A DNA stretch of 24,704 nucleotides from Gammaproteobacteria bacterium (GCA_018814965.1 JAHIYS010000124.1:1-24704), one strand, 5' to 3'; shown: positions 9,343 through 17,186, counted from the stretch's first letter. A program made the numbers and translations. The notes: generated by a model not told the origin, from the letters alone.

Positions 9343-9606
9343 TCAAAATAATAATTCATACAAATCCTCCCATTCAGAGTTATGTTGCTCTATCAGCCTC
9401 AACTTCCAAAGTCGATACCATCTTTTTATAGCTTTTTCTCTAGCAATAGCTGCATTGATGTTATTAAACTACTCTATGTAAACAAGCTTATCTAACGCAT
9501 ATTTTTTGGTAAACCCGTCCATCGATTTTTGTTTGTGCTCATACACGCGACGAACTAAATTATTGGTAACACCTGTATACAACGTACCATTGCTTTTAGA
9601 ACAAAG
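9343..9606 (-). pseudogene. Truncated small GIY-YIG nuclease pseudogene
   Basis: Manual translation LCSKSNGTLYTGVTNNLVRRVYEHKQKSMDGFTKKYALDKLVYIE*FNNINAAIAREKAIKRWYRLWKLRLIEQHNSEWEDLYELLF. It has the YTGVT..L.RR..EH and AIAREK signatures, an in-frame TAG at 9469-9471, and its N-terminal GIY strand is cut off by the element end. Confidence 0.85.
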
Positions 9607-9627
9607 ATTGCGACGGTCCCTTAATAC

Positions 9628-10425
9628 CTAGACCTGTGGCGTATCTAATTTTCTTTCCTGCTCATCTTCAGATTCAGCGAGAGCGTCGCCGGACTGCAAT
9701 TCTGGTTCTTTATGTTTAACAAAAGTTAGGTCGATCTGAGGAGCATTTTTAAAACCATTTTCATTTTTGGTATAATCAATAAAACTATTAATATCTGCGA
9801 AGATAGTGGTTTTTGCTACAAAGGCTTTTGTATCAGTATAGATAATTCTTCCTGATAGATTAACTACAGAAGCGGTATGCCCATTTTTGGTTATGATCAT
9901 ACCGGTATTTTCTTTTATATTATCACGTAGAACTTGCTCAAAATCTATAAGATAACCAGCTTCTTTTTCTTCTGATGTGCTATAGATTTTTGCAGCGAAA
10001 CCCTCAAGTTTTTCTAATGCCAATAGCTGTAATAACTCTTTGCCGATAAGATCATCTACCGCCGCCTTAGAAAATAGGCCAATCTTTTTTGCTGAATCGC
10101 TTTTAGCTAGCAGCCCTTTATCAGCCACACCATTTTTAACCGCATCTTCAACTACATTAACCAAAGCCGTACGGATTTCGTTTTCTTTATTATTATAGGC
10201 ATCTGCATCACTAATTTTTAGCATGTTAGATATTTTGATCATTTCCTCTGATTCACTTAACAAGGCGAATGTGACATGCTCAGAGATAAACGTACATGCT
10301 TCAAGTGCTTTAAAACCAAAGCTCATCACGTTGCCTTGCGAGATTATATTAAAAACCATTGTCTTAGCTGTGGGATTTTGATTTGAACTTGGATTTTGCT
10401 TTCTATTCCAAAAATGATCCATCAT
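9628..10425 (-). CDS. Hypothetical protein, candidate Dot/Icm effector
   Basis: 265-aa ORF with a strong GGAGG RBS, no signal peptide and an acidic C-terminus (LAESEDEQERKLDTPQV). Confidence 0.75.
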   Translation of the reverse strand: MMDHFWNRKQNPSSNQNPTAKTMVFNIISQGNVMSFGFKALEACTFISEHVTFALLSESEEMIKISNMLKISDADAYNNKENEIRTALVNVVEDAVKNGVADKGLLAKSDSAKKIGLFSKAAVDDLIGKELLQLLALEKLEGFAAKIYSTSEEKEAGYLIDFEQVLRDNIKENTGMIITKNGHTASVVNLSGRIIYTDTKAFVAKTTIFADINSFIDYTKNENGFKNAPQIDLTFVKHKEPELQSGDALAESEDEQERKLDTPQV

Positions 10426-10451
10426 AAAACACCTCCATATGTATATTTAGT

Positions 10452-10730
10452 ATGGTGAGCTTATTAACGCCTGAAGAAAGAAGTAACGAAGGCGATGAAA
10501 CATCTATTATTACTAGCACAGTTGTAACAGATACTAGACAGGAACCGTTAAATGCTGCAAACAATAATCAAGGGGATGCTGGAGAAGATGGTGAAATGGG
10601 CAACAGTAATTCGACACGGTCTTGGTTGGGCAGTCTCATAAGACGGATACGCGCTTTTTATACTGATGGCGCTAGATTTTATGGGACCTTCAGTGACCTC
10701 ATGGCTGAAAACCACGCTTCGCACTATTAA
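10452..10730 (+). CDS. Hypothetical protein (92 aa), acidic/low-complexity N-terminus
   Basis: Open frame in otherwise unoccupied space; no clear RBS and no motif. Confidence 0.35.
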   Translation: MVSLLTPEERSNEGDETSIITSTVVTDTRQEPLNAANNNQGDAGEDGEMGNSNSTRSWLGSLIRRIRAFYTDGARFYGTFSDLMAENHASHY

Positions 10731-10770
10731 AGATTTTGGATAATATTAATAACTGAAGCAGTCCTTGCAA

Positions 10771-10818
10771 TTCCTCTGGCCCTGTTGAAAATTCAGAGCC
10801 AGAGGAAAATAGTAAAAA
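10771..10818. repeat. Palindromic element (10-bp stem TTCCTCTGGC/GCCAGAGGAA) with a partial inverted copy at 3284-3319
   Basis: Stem 10771-10780/10798-10807. Revcomp of 10784-10818 shares an exact 17-mer TTTTTACTATTTTCCTC plus further similarity with 3284-3319. Confidence 0.55.
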
Positions 10819-10894
10819 GGTTCCAATTAGATAAACTATGTTTAAAAAAACATTCTGGGCCCAGCGGCAAAGATCTCATGAGGACAAACAAAAA

Positions 10895-11479
10895 CTAAGA
10901 CCTAGTCCCTTTGAATTCTGATATTGCAGACGCAAAATCACCTGCAACTAATTTAGGAATAGTCATCACAGCATGATCAATCGCATCAAGAATTTGTCCA
11001 AGATTAGACTTACTAGGTTTAGATAATACATAATCACTGAAGCCATCTTTAGACTTTGCTTTACCAATACCGATCCGTATCCGCCAAAAATCGTTAGTGC
11101 CTAATTGATCAATAATATTCTGTACCCCATTATGACCATTAGCACCGCCATCTTTTTTTAAACGAATATCTCCAGGGGAAAAATCTAACTCATCGTGAAC
11201 TACTAAAATTGAACTGCTTGGAATTTTATAAAACTTTGCCACTCTACCAACAGCATCACCGCTTAAATTCATAAATGTTTCTGGCAAAAGCAACCTACAT
11301 TTATGGTCAGCGATCTTTATTTCGCTAACAAATCCTCTAAACTTTGATTCCAACCTGAAATCACCATGATATTTTTCGGCCAAAGATTTAACTAACCAGA
11401 ACCCAACATTATGCCTGGTATTCTCATACTGCGGGCCTGGATTACCCAGACCCACAATCAATTTAATTCCTTCTTCCAA
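10895..11479 (-). CDS. pth: Peptidyl-tRNA hydrolase
   Basis: LIVGLGNPG..Y..TRHNVGF, PETFMNLSG, VVHDELD, GGANGHNG and RIRIGIG. Confidence 0.97.
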   Translation of the reverse strand: MEEGIKLIVGLGNPGPQYENTRHNVGFWLVKSLAEKYHGDFRLESKFRGFVSEIKIADHKCRLLLPETFMNLSGDAVGRVAKFYKIPSSSILVVHDELDFSPGDIRLKKDGGANGHNGVQNIIDQLGTNDFWRIRIGIGKAKSKDGFSDYVLSKPSKSNLGQILDAIDHAVMTIPKLVAGDFASAISEFKGTRS

Positions 11480-11491
11480 AGATCAGCCTTT

Positions 11492-12181
11492 TTATTTTTT
11501 ACCTTTATCCTCAGCACCCTCTTTATCTGCTGCTCCCTCTTCTGCAGCAGGTTTACCAGCAACAGGGACCTCAGCGGCAACTGGAGCGGCTGTATCTTCA
11601 ACCGCTACCCGTGGGATATAAGCTGTTGCTATAGGTTTATCCTCGCCATGAGCAAGCGCAACAATTTCAACTTCTTTTGGTAATTTTAAATCTGACAAAT
11701 GAATGGTTTGGTTAAGAACAATTTGTGAAAGATCGACTTCAACCACTTCTGGTAAATATTTAGGCAAACAACGCACTTCAATATTTGACATCAAATGTGA
11801 AATTAATGCACCAGAAAGCTTAACCCCTGGAGAGTTAGCTTCACCAGAAAAGCGCAATGGAACACGCATTGCAATCGTTTCTGCATCACTAATACGCTGT
11901 AAATCTAAATGCAAAATTCTTGGTTTAAAAGGATGACGCTGAAGATCTCTTAAAATAACTTGCTCTTTTTTGCCATCGATATCTAAATCTAGAATTTTGG
12001 TATAAAAAGAGTCGTGCACCAATAATTTCAATAACGCATTATGCTCAATTATAATCATTGCTGGCTCTGTGCCAGCACCATAAACGATTCCTGGAACTTT
12101 ATCAGCATGACGTAGGCGGCGGCTCGCACCTTTGCCCTGATCGCCACGTAAAGTAGCATTGATAGTAAAAGTCTGTTTCAT
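11492..12181 (-). CDS. rplY: 50S ribosomal protein L25/CTC (long form)
   Basis: GKGASRRLR...KVPGIVYG, LQRHPFK..ILHLDLQR and C-terminal CTC domain (CLPKYLPE..EVD). Start ATG 12181. Confidence 0.96.
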   Translation of the reverse strand: MKQTFTINATLRGDQGKGASRRLRHADKVPGIVYGAGTEPAMIIIEHNALLKLLVHDSFYTKILDLDIDGKKEQVILRDLQRHPFKPRILHLDLQRISDAETIAMRVPLRFSGEANSPGVKLSGALISHLMSNIEVRCLPKYLPEVVEVDLSQIVLNQTIHLSDLKLPKEVEIVALAHGEDKPIATAYIPRVAVEDTAAPVAAEVPVAGKPAAEEGAADKEGAEDKGKK

Positions 12182-12207
12182 TTTAATCTCCGAAGTTATA
12201 TACAAAA

Positions 12208-12229
12208 CCAATCTCGCGACCAAGATTGG
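12208..12229 (-). promoter_or_regulatory. Hairpin in rplY 5' leader (putative L25 autoregulatory leader)
   Basis: Minus strand CCAATCT-TGGTCGCG-AGATTGG: 7-bp stem carrying GGUCGC, 27 nt upstream of the ATG. A similar GGUCGC hairpin is recalled from gammaproteobacterial rplY leaders. Confidence 0.4.
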
Positions 12230-12572
12230 CCAAATTTTTAAAGAGAGGGGATTCTACACTGATTATCGGCCTAAATCTAGCAATTGCGACCAAACGACTT
12301 TAGTTTGGAAAAATCGGGTTATCATCTCAACCCATTAAAAACAAATAAGTTTTCACAAAATCTCTGGAGATCTACCATAAGGTTATAAACAAAAAATGAA
12401 ACCAAAGAGCCTCTATCTAGCTTTAGTCACACTGGATATTTTACAATTAACAACCTGCATTGCTTATTATTTCTATGATTTCAGCGCCGTCCTATTAATT
12501 AAGAAAGTTAGGAGTCGCCTAAAAAATATCCTCTTACCCATAAACCCAAACATGGCGTTAACAATATTATAT

Positions 12573-12806
12573 TTAAAAAGAAAATGAATCTCCATCACCC
12601 CATGCTTCTTCCTCCATCGCAGCAAGAGCACTTTCTTTTAATTTCTGCCACCTATCTTCTTCACCCTGCCTGGGAAATAAATAAAAAACAATACCTAGCA
12701 CAGCTACAGCCAAAAAACCAAGCACAAAAGGGCTATCATCAACACCAGATCCTATAACATGATCTATGTCTGCTTGGCTTAGTTCTGTTATTGAGCTTAA
12801 ACTCAT
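12573..12806 (-). CDS. Small protein A: double-glycine-type leader (…ELSQADIDHVIGS) plus one TM helix
   Basis: Leader has L-12, D-8, I-7, V-4 and GS; hydrophobic FVLGFLAVAVLGIVFYLF; acidic tail. Confidence 0.7.
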   Translation of the reverse strand: MSLSSITELSQADIDHVIGSGVDDSPFVLGFLAVAVLGIVFYLFPRQGEEDRWQKLKESALAAMEEEAWGDGDSFSF

Positions 12807-12879
12807 ATCTCTATCTAACTTCCCAAAATAAAAAATTCTATTACCAACACCTTCTTAGTTGCTTTGGTTTATATTAACT

Positions 12880-13149
12880 TTAACTACGCGCACTAGATGA
12901 TTTACGACTATCATTGCCTTGTTTATGCGCATCCAACTCTTTCTTCTGCTCCATAACAATTGAAATTAAACCAATGGTTGCTATAAGAATCATTATTCCA
13001 AAACCAACAGCCGCCCTAACCGGATCATTTTTGAGCTTATCATCATCTTGATCATCGACCTCTTTCCAAGCCATTTCACGGCGACTAAAACCCCCGCTGA
13101 TACAATTAATATCAACTTGCTCAAGCTCTATTATTGAATTCATACTCAT
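12880..13149 (-). CDS. Small protein B: double-glycine-type leader (MSMNSIIELEQVDINCISGG) plus one TM helix
   Basis: Leader has L-12, D-8, I-7, I-4 and GG; TM AAVGFGIMILIATIGLISIVM; GGAGA RBS before ATG 13149. Confidence 0.75.
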   Translation of the reverse strand: MSMNSIIELEQVDINCISGGFSRREMAWKEVDDQDDDKLKNDPVRAAVGFGIMILIATIGLISIVMEQKKELDAHKQGNDSRKSSSARS

Positions 13150-13437
13150 ATCATATCTCCCAATCAATTATTATCACTATAATATATTGTAACAAAACGG
13201 CATCATGAAACATTAAAATAAAATTAAATGCCTAATATAAAGCGGTTGCGATCTAAAAACCCCTGATACCTTCTCTGGATTCTGAGACAAAGACCACATA
13301 AAGATAATTCTTGAACCACGTTAAACCACCAGGTATAAAACATACAAAACAACAACTGTTGATGATTTTGCAACCAAACTTCGTAGTAACCGCCCCGCCC
13401 TATATCAGAAAAGACAATATTTATTCACCTTTACAGG

Positions 13438-13686
13438 TTAATCTCTTTTTTTATTTTCATATTTCTTAATAAAATAAGGGCAACAAATGGTAGCTATAGT
13501 AAATAATGTAAAACCAATAACACAACCAGAAATGAATACTACAATATTACGCTTATTTTCTGACACTAAAGTTAAAAAATCAGGATTAACAACATCCTCA
13601 TGATTACCCGCATGAGCACCTTGTTTGCCTCCACTAACCCAAACCCAATCCGTTAGAGAGATCTCTTTAATGGAATTTAATTTCAT
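13438..13686 (-). CDS. Small protein C: double-glycine-type leader (MKLNSIKEISLTDWVWVSGG) plus one TM helix
   Basis: Leader has I-12, D-8, W-7, V-4 and GG; TM IVVFISGCVIGFTLFTIATICCPYF; GGGGAG RBS. Confidence 0.75.
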   Translation of the reverse strand: MKLNSIKEISLTDWVWVSGGKQGAHAGNHEDVVNPDFLTLVSENKRNIVVFISGCVIGFTLFTIATICCPYFIKKYENKKRD

Positions 13687-13779
13687 TCATTTACTCCCCC
13701 AATTTATTGATATATCTATTTACCTAACCAATCCCGATCAAAAATCTTATTTAAAACCAAGTGATAAATATTGTCAGTC

Positions 13780-14076
13780 TCAAATAGAAGAGCTTCGACC
13801 TCTATAAGGACTCTCTTTCAAACAATACTCTGGGAAAGCATAAGCAAAGGGATATTGATACTTTTGCATACCAACATCTACTGTAGAAATCTTATTTTCT
13901 CCAAACATCCTTCTTACTGACGCAACTATAAAAATCGCACCAACTGCTCCGGCAACAAAACTACTTATCCTAGGATGCTCATCATGAAACTGCAAAAACT
14001 TAACCAACACTTCAGCAGCCTTATCCTGAAAACTAATTTCATTTTGATTTATAACTCTTATTGAACCTCTATTCAT
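13780..14076 (-). CDS. Small protein D: related N-terminus (MNRGSIRVINQNEI) without GG, one hydrophobic helix
   Basis: Shares the MxxxSIxxIxxxEI pattern with A-C; hydrophobic ISSFVAGAVGAIFIVASV; GGGG RBS. Confidence 0.65.
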   Translation of the reverse strand: MNRGSIRVINQNEISFQDKAAEVLVKFLQFHDEHPRISSFVAGAVGAIFIVASVRRMFGENKISTVDVGMQKYQYPFAYAFPEYCLKESPYRGRSSSI

Positions 14077-14388
14077 AAATATACCCCAAAATTTTAATTA
14101 CCTAACAAGTGATTTTTACAACGACATAACCAACCATACAATAAATACATCCAACATAATAGCACACACGAACCACACGAACACTTCTCTTACCGCCAAC
14201 AGCATAACATATATCTCATCATCCAGTTTTGATCGCAAAATTTAATATTATAAATTATTTATCAATTGACTGAGCAACTTTAAAATATTAAAAAGAGTAA
14301 CGAGCTAAGCATTAACCAATAACTTTTAATTACTTCCAAAAAATCATAAGCCCTTAATTTATTCAACAGCTCCGCAATTCCACAAAAA

Positions 14389-15885
14389 TCACTTTCCTCT
14401 ACGATAACTAATAGCCTCTTGTATATGACGATCTTTAATACCCTTTTCGGCATCAAGATCAGCAATTGTGCGCGATATTTTTATAATCCTATGATAAGAA
14501 CGGGTAGAAAGCTTAAACTTATCTACCACTCCCTCTAAAAATTCTTGATCTTTTGCTGTGATAAAACAAAATCTTTCCATTTCTTTATTTGTAAGTTCTG
14601 AATTAATTTTCCCTTGCCGAGAAATAGCATACTCACGCGCCTTGATAACTCTTACCCTTATCTGCTGGCTAGTTTCGCTATTTGTCGAACAAGATAAAAT
14701 ATTTTTTGGCAATGAGGGCACCGTAAGCCAAAGATCAATTCGATCTAAAAATGGTCCAGAAACACGGGCGCGATAACGTTTAATTTGATCCAAAGTGCAG
14801 TTGCAAATTGATCGATTATCACCAAAATATCCACATGGACAAGGGTTCATCGCCACCACCAGTTGAAATTTAGCAGGGAATCTTGCTTGATGAGCAGCGC
14901 GTGATATAGTTACATGTTTCGATTCAAGCGGTTCTCGTAATGCCTCTAAAACGTTTCGGTTAAACTCAAGTAGCTCGTCTAAAAATAGCACTCCATTATG
15001 AGCTAGAGAAATCTCTCCTGGACGAGGAGGACTAGAACCACCAACTAAAGCTACACTTGAAGCTGTATGATGCGGCGCTCGAAAAGGACGAACTTGCCAA
15101 AACCGCAAATGATCTTTTTTGCCACAAATTGAATAGATCGTTGCAGTTTCTAAAGCCTCATCATCATTCATCTCAGGCAAAATTGTAATCAGACGATTAG
15201 CTAACATTGTTTTACCAACCCCTGGCGGACCAACCATAAATAAACTGTGCCCACCAGCCGCCGCTATCTCTAACGCACGCTTAGCGTAATTTTGGCCATA
15301 AACATCACTAATATCCAAACCATTTATTGGAGCCTTTTCAGATAACGGCATCTTATATGGATGAAAAACTTTAGAACCAACCAGATATCTACATACATCA
15401 AGCAAATGCCCTAATGCAAAAATTTCAATTCCAGATACCAACCCAGCTTCATATGCGCTTTCTTTAGATAAAATTAAAATACGCTCCGCTTTTTTAGTTG
15501 CTAAAGCAAGTGGTAAAGCACCGCTAAAAGGACGCAACTTACCATCAAGCGCAAGTTCACCCGCAAATTCATATTGTGAAACATCTTCTATTTCGATCTG
15601 TTTTGAAGCAATTAAAATTCCGAGCGCAATTGGTAGATCAAAACGCCCCCCCTCTTTTTTGGGCAGATCAGCTGGCGCAAGATTAATTGTTATTCGCCGC
15701 GCTGGAAATTCGAAACCTGAATTAATCAAAGCACTTCGCACCCGGTCTTTGCTTTCTTTAATCGCAGTTTCTGGCAAACCAACCATCGAAAGAGATGGAA
15801 GCCCTGGAGAAAGATGCACTTCAATAGTAACTGGTGGCGCTTCGATACCAAAACTTGCTCGACTGTTAATAATAGCTAGAGTCAT
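14389..15885 (-). CDS. comM: ComM/YifB Mg-chelatase-like AAA+ ATPase
   Basis: N-terminal Lon-like domain (VGLPETAIKESKDRVRSA, NLAPADLPK.GGRFDLPIA), Walker A GPPGVGKT, SLAHNGVLFLDE, AMNPCPCG and GPFLDRID. Intact. Confidence 0.95.
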   Translation of the reverse strand: MTLAIINSRASFGIEAPPVTIEVHLSPGLPSLSMVGLPETAIKESKDRVRSALINSGFEFPARRITINLAPADLPKKEGGRFDLPIALGILIASKQIEIEDVSQYEFAGELALDGKLRPFSGALPLALATKKAERILILSKESAYEAGLVSGIEIFALGHLLDVCRYLVGSKVFHPYKMPLSEKAPINGLDISDVYGQNYAKRALEIAAAGGHSLFMVGPPGVGKTMLANRLITILPEMNDDEALETATIYSICGKKDHLRFWQVRPFRAPHHTASSVALVGGSSPPRPGEISLAHNGVLFLDELLEFNRNVLEALREPLESKHVTISRAAHQARFPAKFQLVVAMNPCPCGYFGDNRSICNCTLDQIKRYRARVSGPFLDRIDLWLTVPSLPKNILSCSTNSETSQQIRVRVIKAREYAISRQGKINSELTNKEMERFCFITAKDQEFLEGVVDKFKLSTRSYHRIIKISRTIADLDAEKGIKDRHIQEAISYRRGK

Positions 15886-16009
15886 AAGCTATGAAGCATA
15901 GTCACTTTTTATCAATACCTCACTACCGGTCTTTTCCCTCAAAGAGGGTCAAGCCAACCATGTGCGTTGTCAAGCTGTGCAAGGAACTTAACTGTGTAGA
16001 GCTTAAGGG

Positions 16010-16077
16010 TTAAGGGGTCAAGTCTCAACAACCGACAACGAAATTAAGGGGTCAAGTCTCAACAACCGACAACGAAA
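16010..16077 (+). repeat. Perfect 34-bp tandem direct repeat (2 copies) containing the left 25-bp IR
   Basis: TTAAGGGGTCAAGTCTCAACAACCGACAACGAAA at 16010-16043 and 16044-16077. Confidence 0.95.
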
Positions 16078-17165
16078 ATAATTCAAGAACAAACAGATAC
16101 GACTTGATAATATAGCTATTAATACGGTATTTATCAAACCTTCTCTTTCTGCCATCATAGCATTATTGTGTCTAGGCCTCTACGAATACTATATCCAAAC
16201 GCTTGGTATCACGTAATGAATCGTGGCACCTCTCGCGTGATTGTATTCCACGATGATGATGACTATAAAAAGTTTTCAAATCTTCTATTACAAATACATC
16301 GCCGATATCGCTTTGAAATTCACGCATATTGTTTGATGCCCAATCATTACCACATTTTGACATGTACTCCATTAGCCAATTTAAGTCGGGGAATGCGACA
16401 TCTGGATGGATTATATACTCAATATTACAATAGAAAGTATAAAAAAGATGGGGCTTTGTTTCGTGGCCGCTATAAATCAATTTTAGTAGATGCAGAAAAT
16501 TATCTATTACGCCTCAGTCGTTACATACACTTAAACCCATTTAAAGCAGGATTAGTTAAACACCCAGCGAAATACCTTTGGTCTAGTTACCAATTTTACA
16601 GCAAAAATATTATGCCACCTGATTGGCTCTATACGAAAGAAACACTCTCTCGTTTTGGCACAAAACAACAAAAAAACAAATACTCATTATTTGTTATGGA
16701 AAAAACCGACAATGAACTAGAAAGTTTCTACCGCAGAACCAAATTATTACCAATATTAGGATCCGATATATTTCGTAATCAAATCAGCGAAACATATATA
16801 ACAAAACATAACCACTCAAAAGAGATTTCTGATCATAAAAATACCTATATCCCACCAACTCTTCTATATATATGCAAAACGGTTTCAAAATATTATCATG
16901 TTTCTCCAGAATCATTAAAAATAGCAGATCGCATGAAGGGTAATCTGCCAAGAACAATTGCTATCTATTTTGCGGCTGAACTGTCCTGCAAAAAATTCAA
17001 AATCATTGCTGATTTTTTTCAGAACACAAGCAATAAAGGTGTTTCGCAGGTCATTTATCGGATTAACAAACTTAAAACTAGCATCCCTTCTCTAGCTAAC
17101 GATATAAAAAACCTTTACAAACTGATTCAATCTATCCCCTTTGTCGGTTGTTGAGACTTGACCCC
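16014..17165. mobile_element. RAYT-like element bounded by perfect 25-bp inverted repeats
   Basis: GGGGTCAAGTCTCAACAACCGACAA at 16014-16038 and 16048-16072; exact reverse complement at 17141-17165. It encloses only the transposase gene. Confidence 0.85.
16168..17154 (+). CDS. REP-associated-type Y1 (HUH) tyrosine transposase with C-terminal DnaA domain IV-like HTH
   Basis: MSRPLRILYPNAWYHVMNRG, AYCLMPNHYHIL (HUH), LFRGRYKS, LSRYIHLNP and YLWSSY. The C-terminus ICKTVSKYYHVS…PRTIAIY…IADFF resembles DnaA domain IV. GTG start. Confidence 0.9.
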   Translation: MSRPLRILYPNAWYHVMNRGTSRVIVFHDDDDYKKFSNLLLQIHRRYRFEIHAYCLMPNHYHILTCTPLANLSRGMRHLDGLYTQYYNRKYKKDGALFRGRYKSILVDAENYLLRLSRYIHLNPFKAGLVKHPAKYLWSSYQFYSKNIMPPDWLYTKETLSRFGTKQQKNKYSLFVMEKTDNELESFYRRTKLLPILGSDIFRNQISETYITKHNHSKEISDHKNTYIPPTLLYICKTVSKYYHVSPESLKIADRMKGNLPRTIAIYFAAELSCKKFKIIADFFQNTSNKGVSQVIYRINKLKTSIPSLANDIKNLYKLIQSIPFVGC

Positions 17166-17179
17166 ATTACTGATAAAAT
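17151..17179 (+). promoter_or_regulatory. Putative hybrid sigma70 promoter for the amylase gene (-35 inside the right IR)
   Basis: TTGAGA (17151-17156), 17-nt spacer, TAAAAT (17174-17179) preceded by TGA (extended -10). The ATG at 17187 lies 8 nt past the -10. Confidence 0.5.
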
Positions 17180-17186
17180 ACCCACT

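Larger units (their letters stand above)
9285..9620. mobile_element. 336-bp MITE-like non-autonomous element
   Basis: Imperfect 16-bp terminal IRs GGGCCTGTCGCAATCT (9285-9300) and revcomp GGGACCGTCGCAATCT (9605-9620), 14/16 match. TTAAT lies directly outside both ends (9280-9284, 9621-9625) as a candidate target-site duplication. Confidence 0.6.

Noticed and set aside
13215-13420. Additional leader-peptide gene between B and C (frame INIVFSDIGRGG…)
   Set aside because: No valid start codon, and the GG is not in -4/-7/-12 register.
14389-15885. comM disrupted by a genomic island
   Set aside because: comM is full length and intact; accessory DNA flanks it rather than interrupting it.
16010-16077. 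34-bp direct repeat as a CRISPR array
   Set aside because: Only two copies, directly adjacent with no spacer, no cas genes; explained as a duplicated transposon end.
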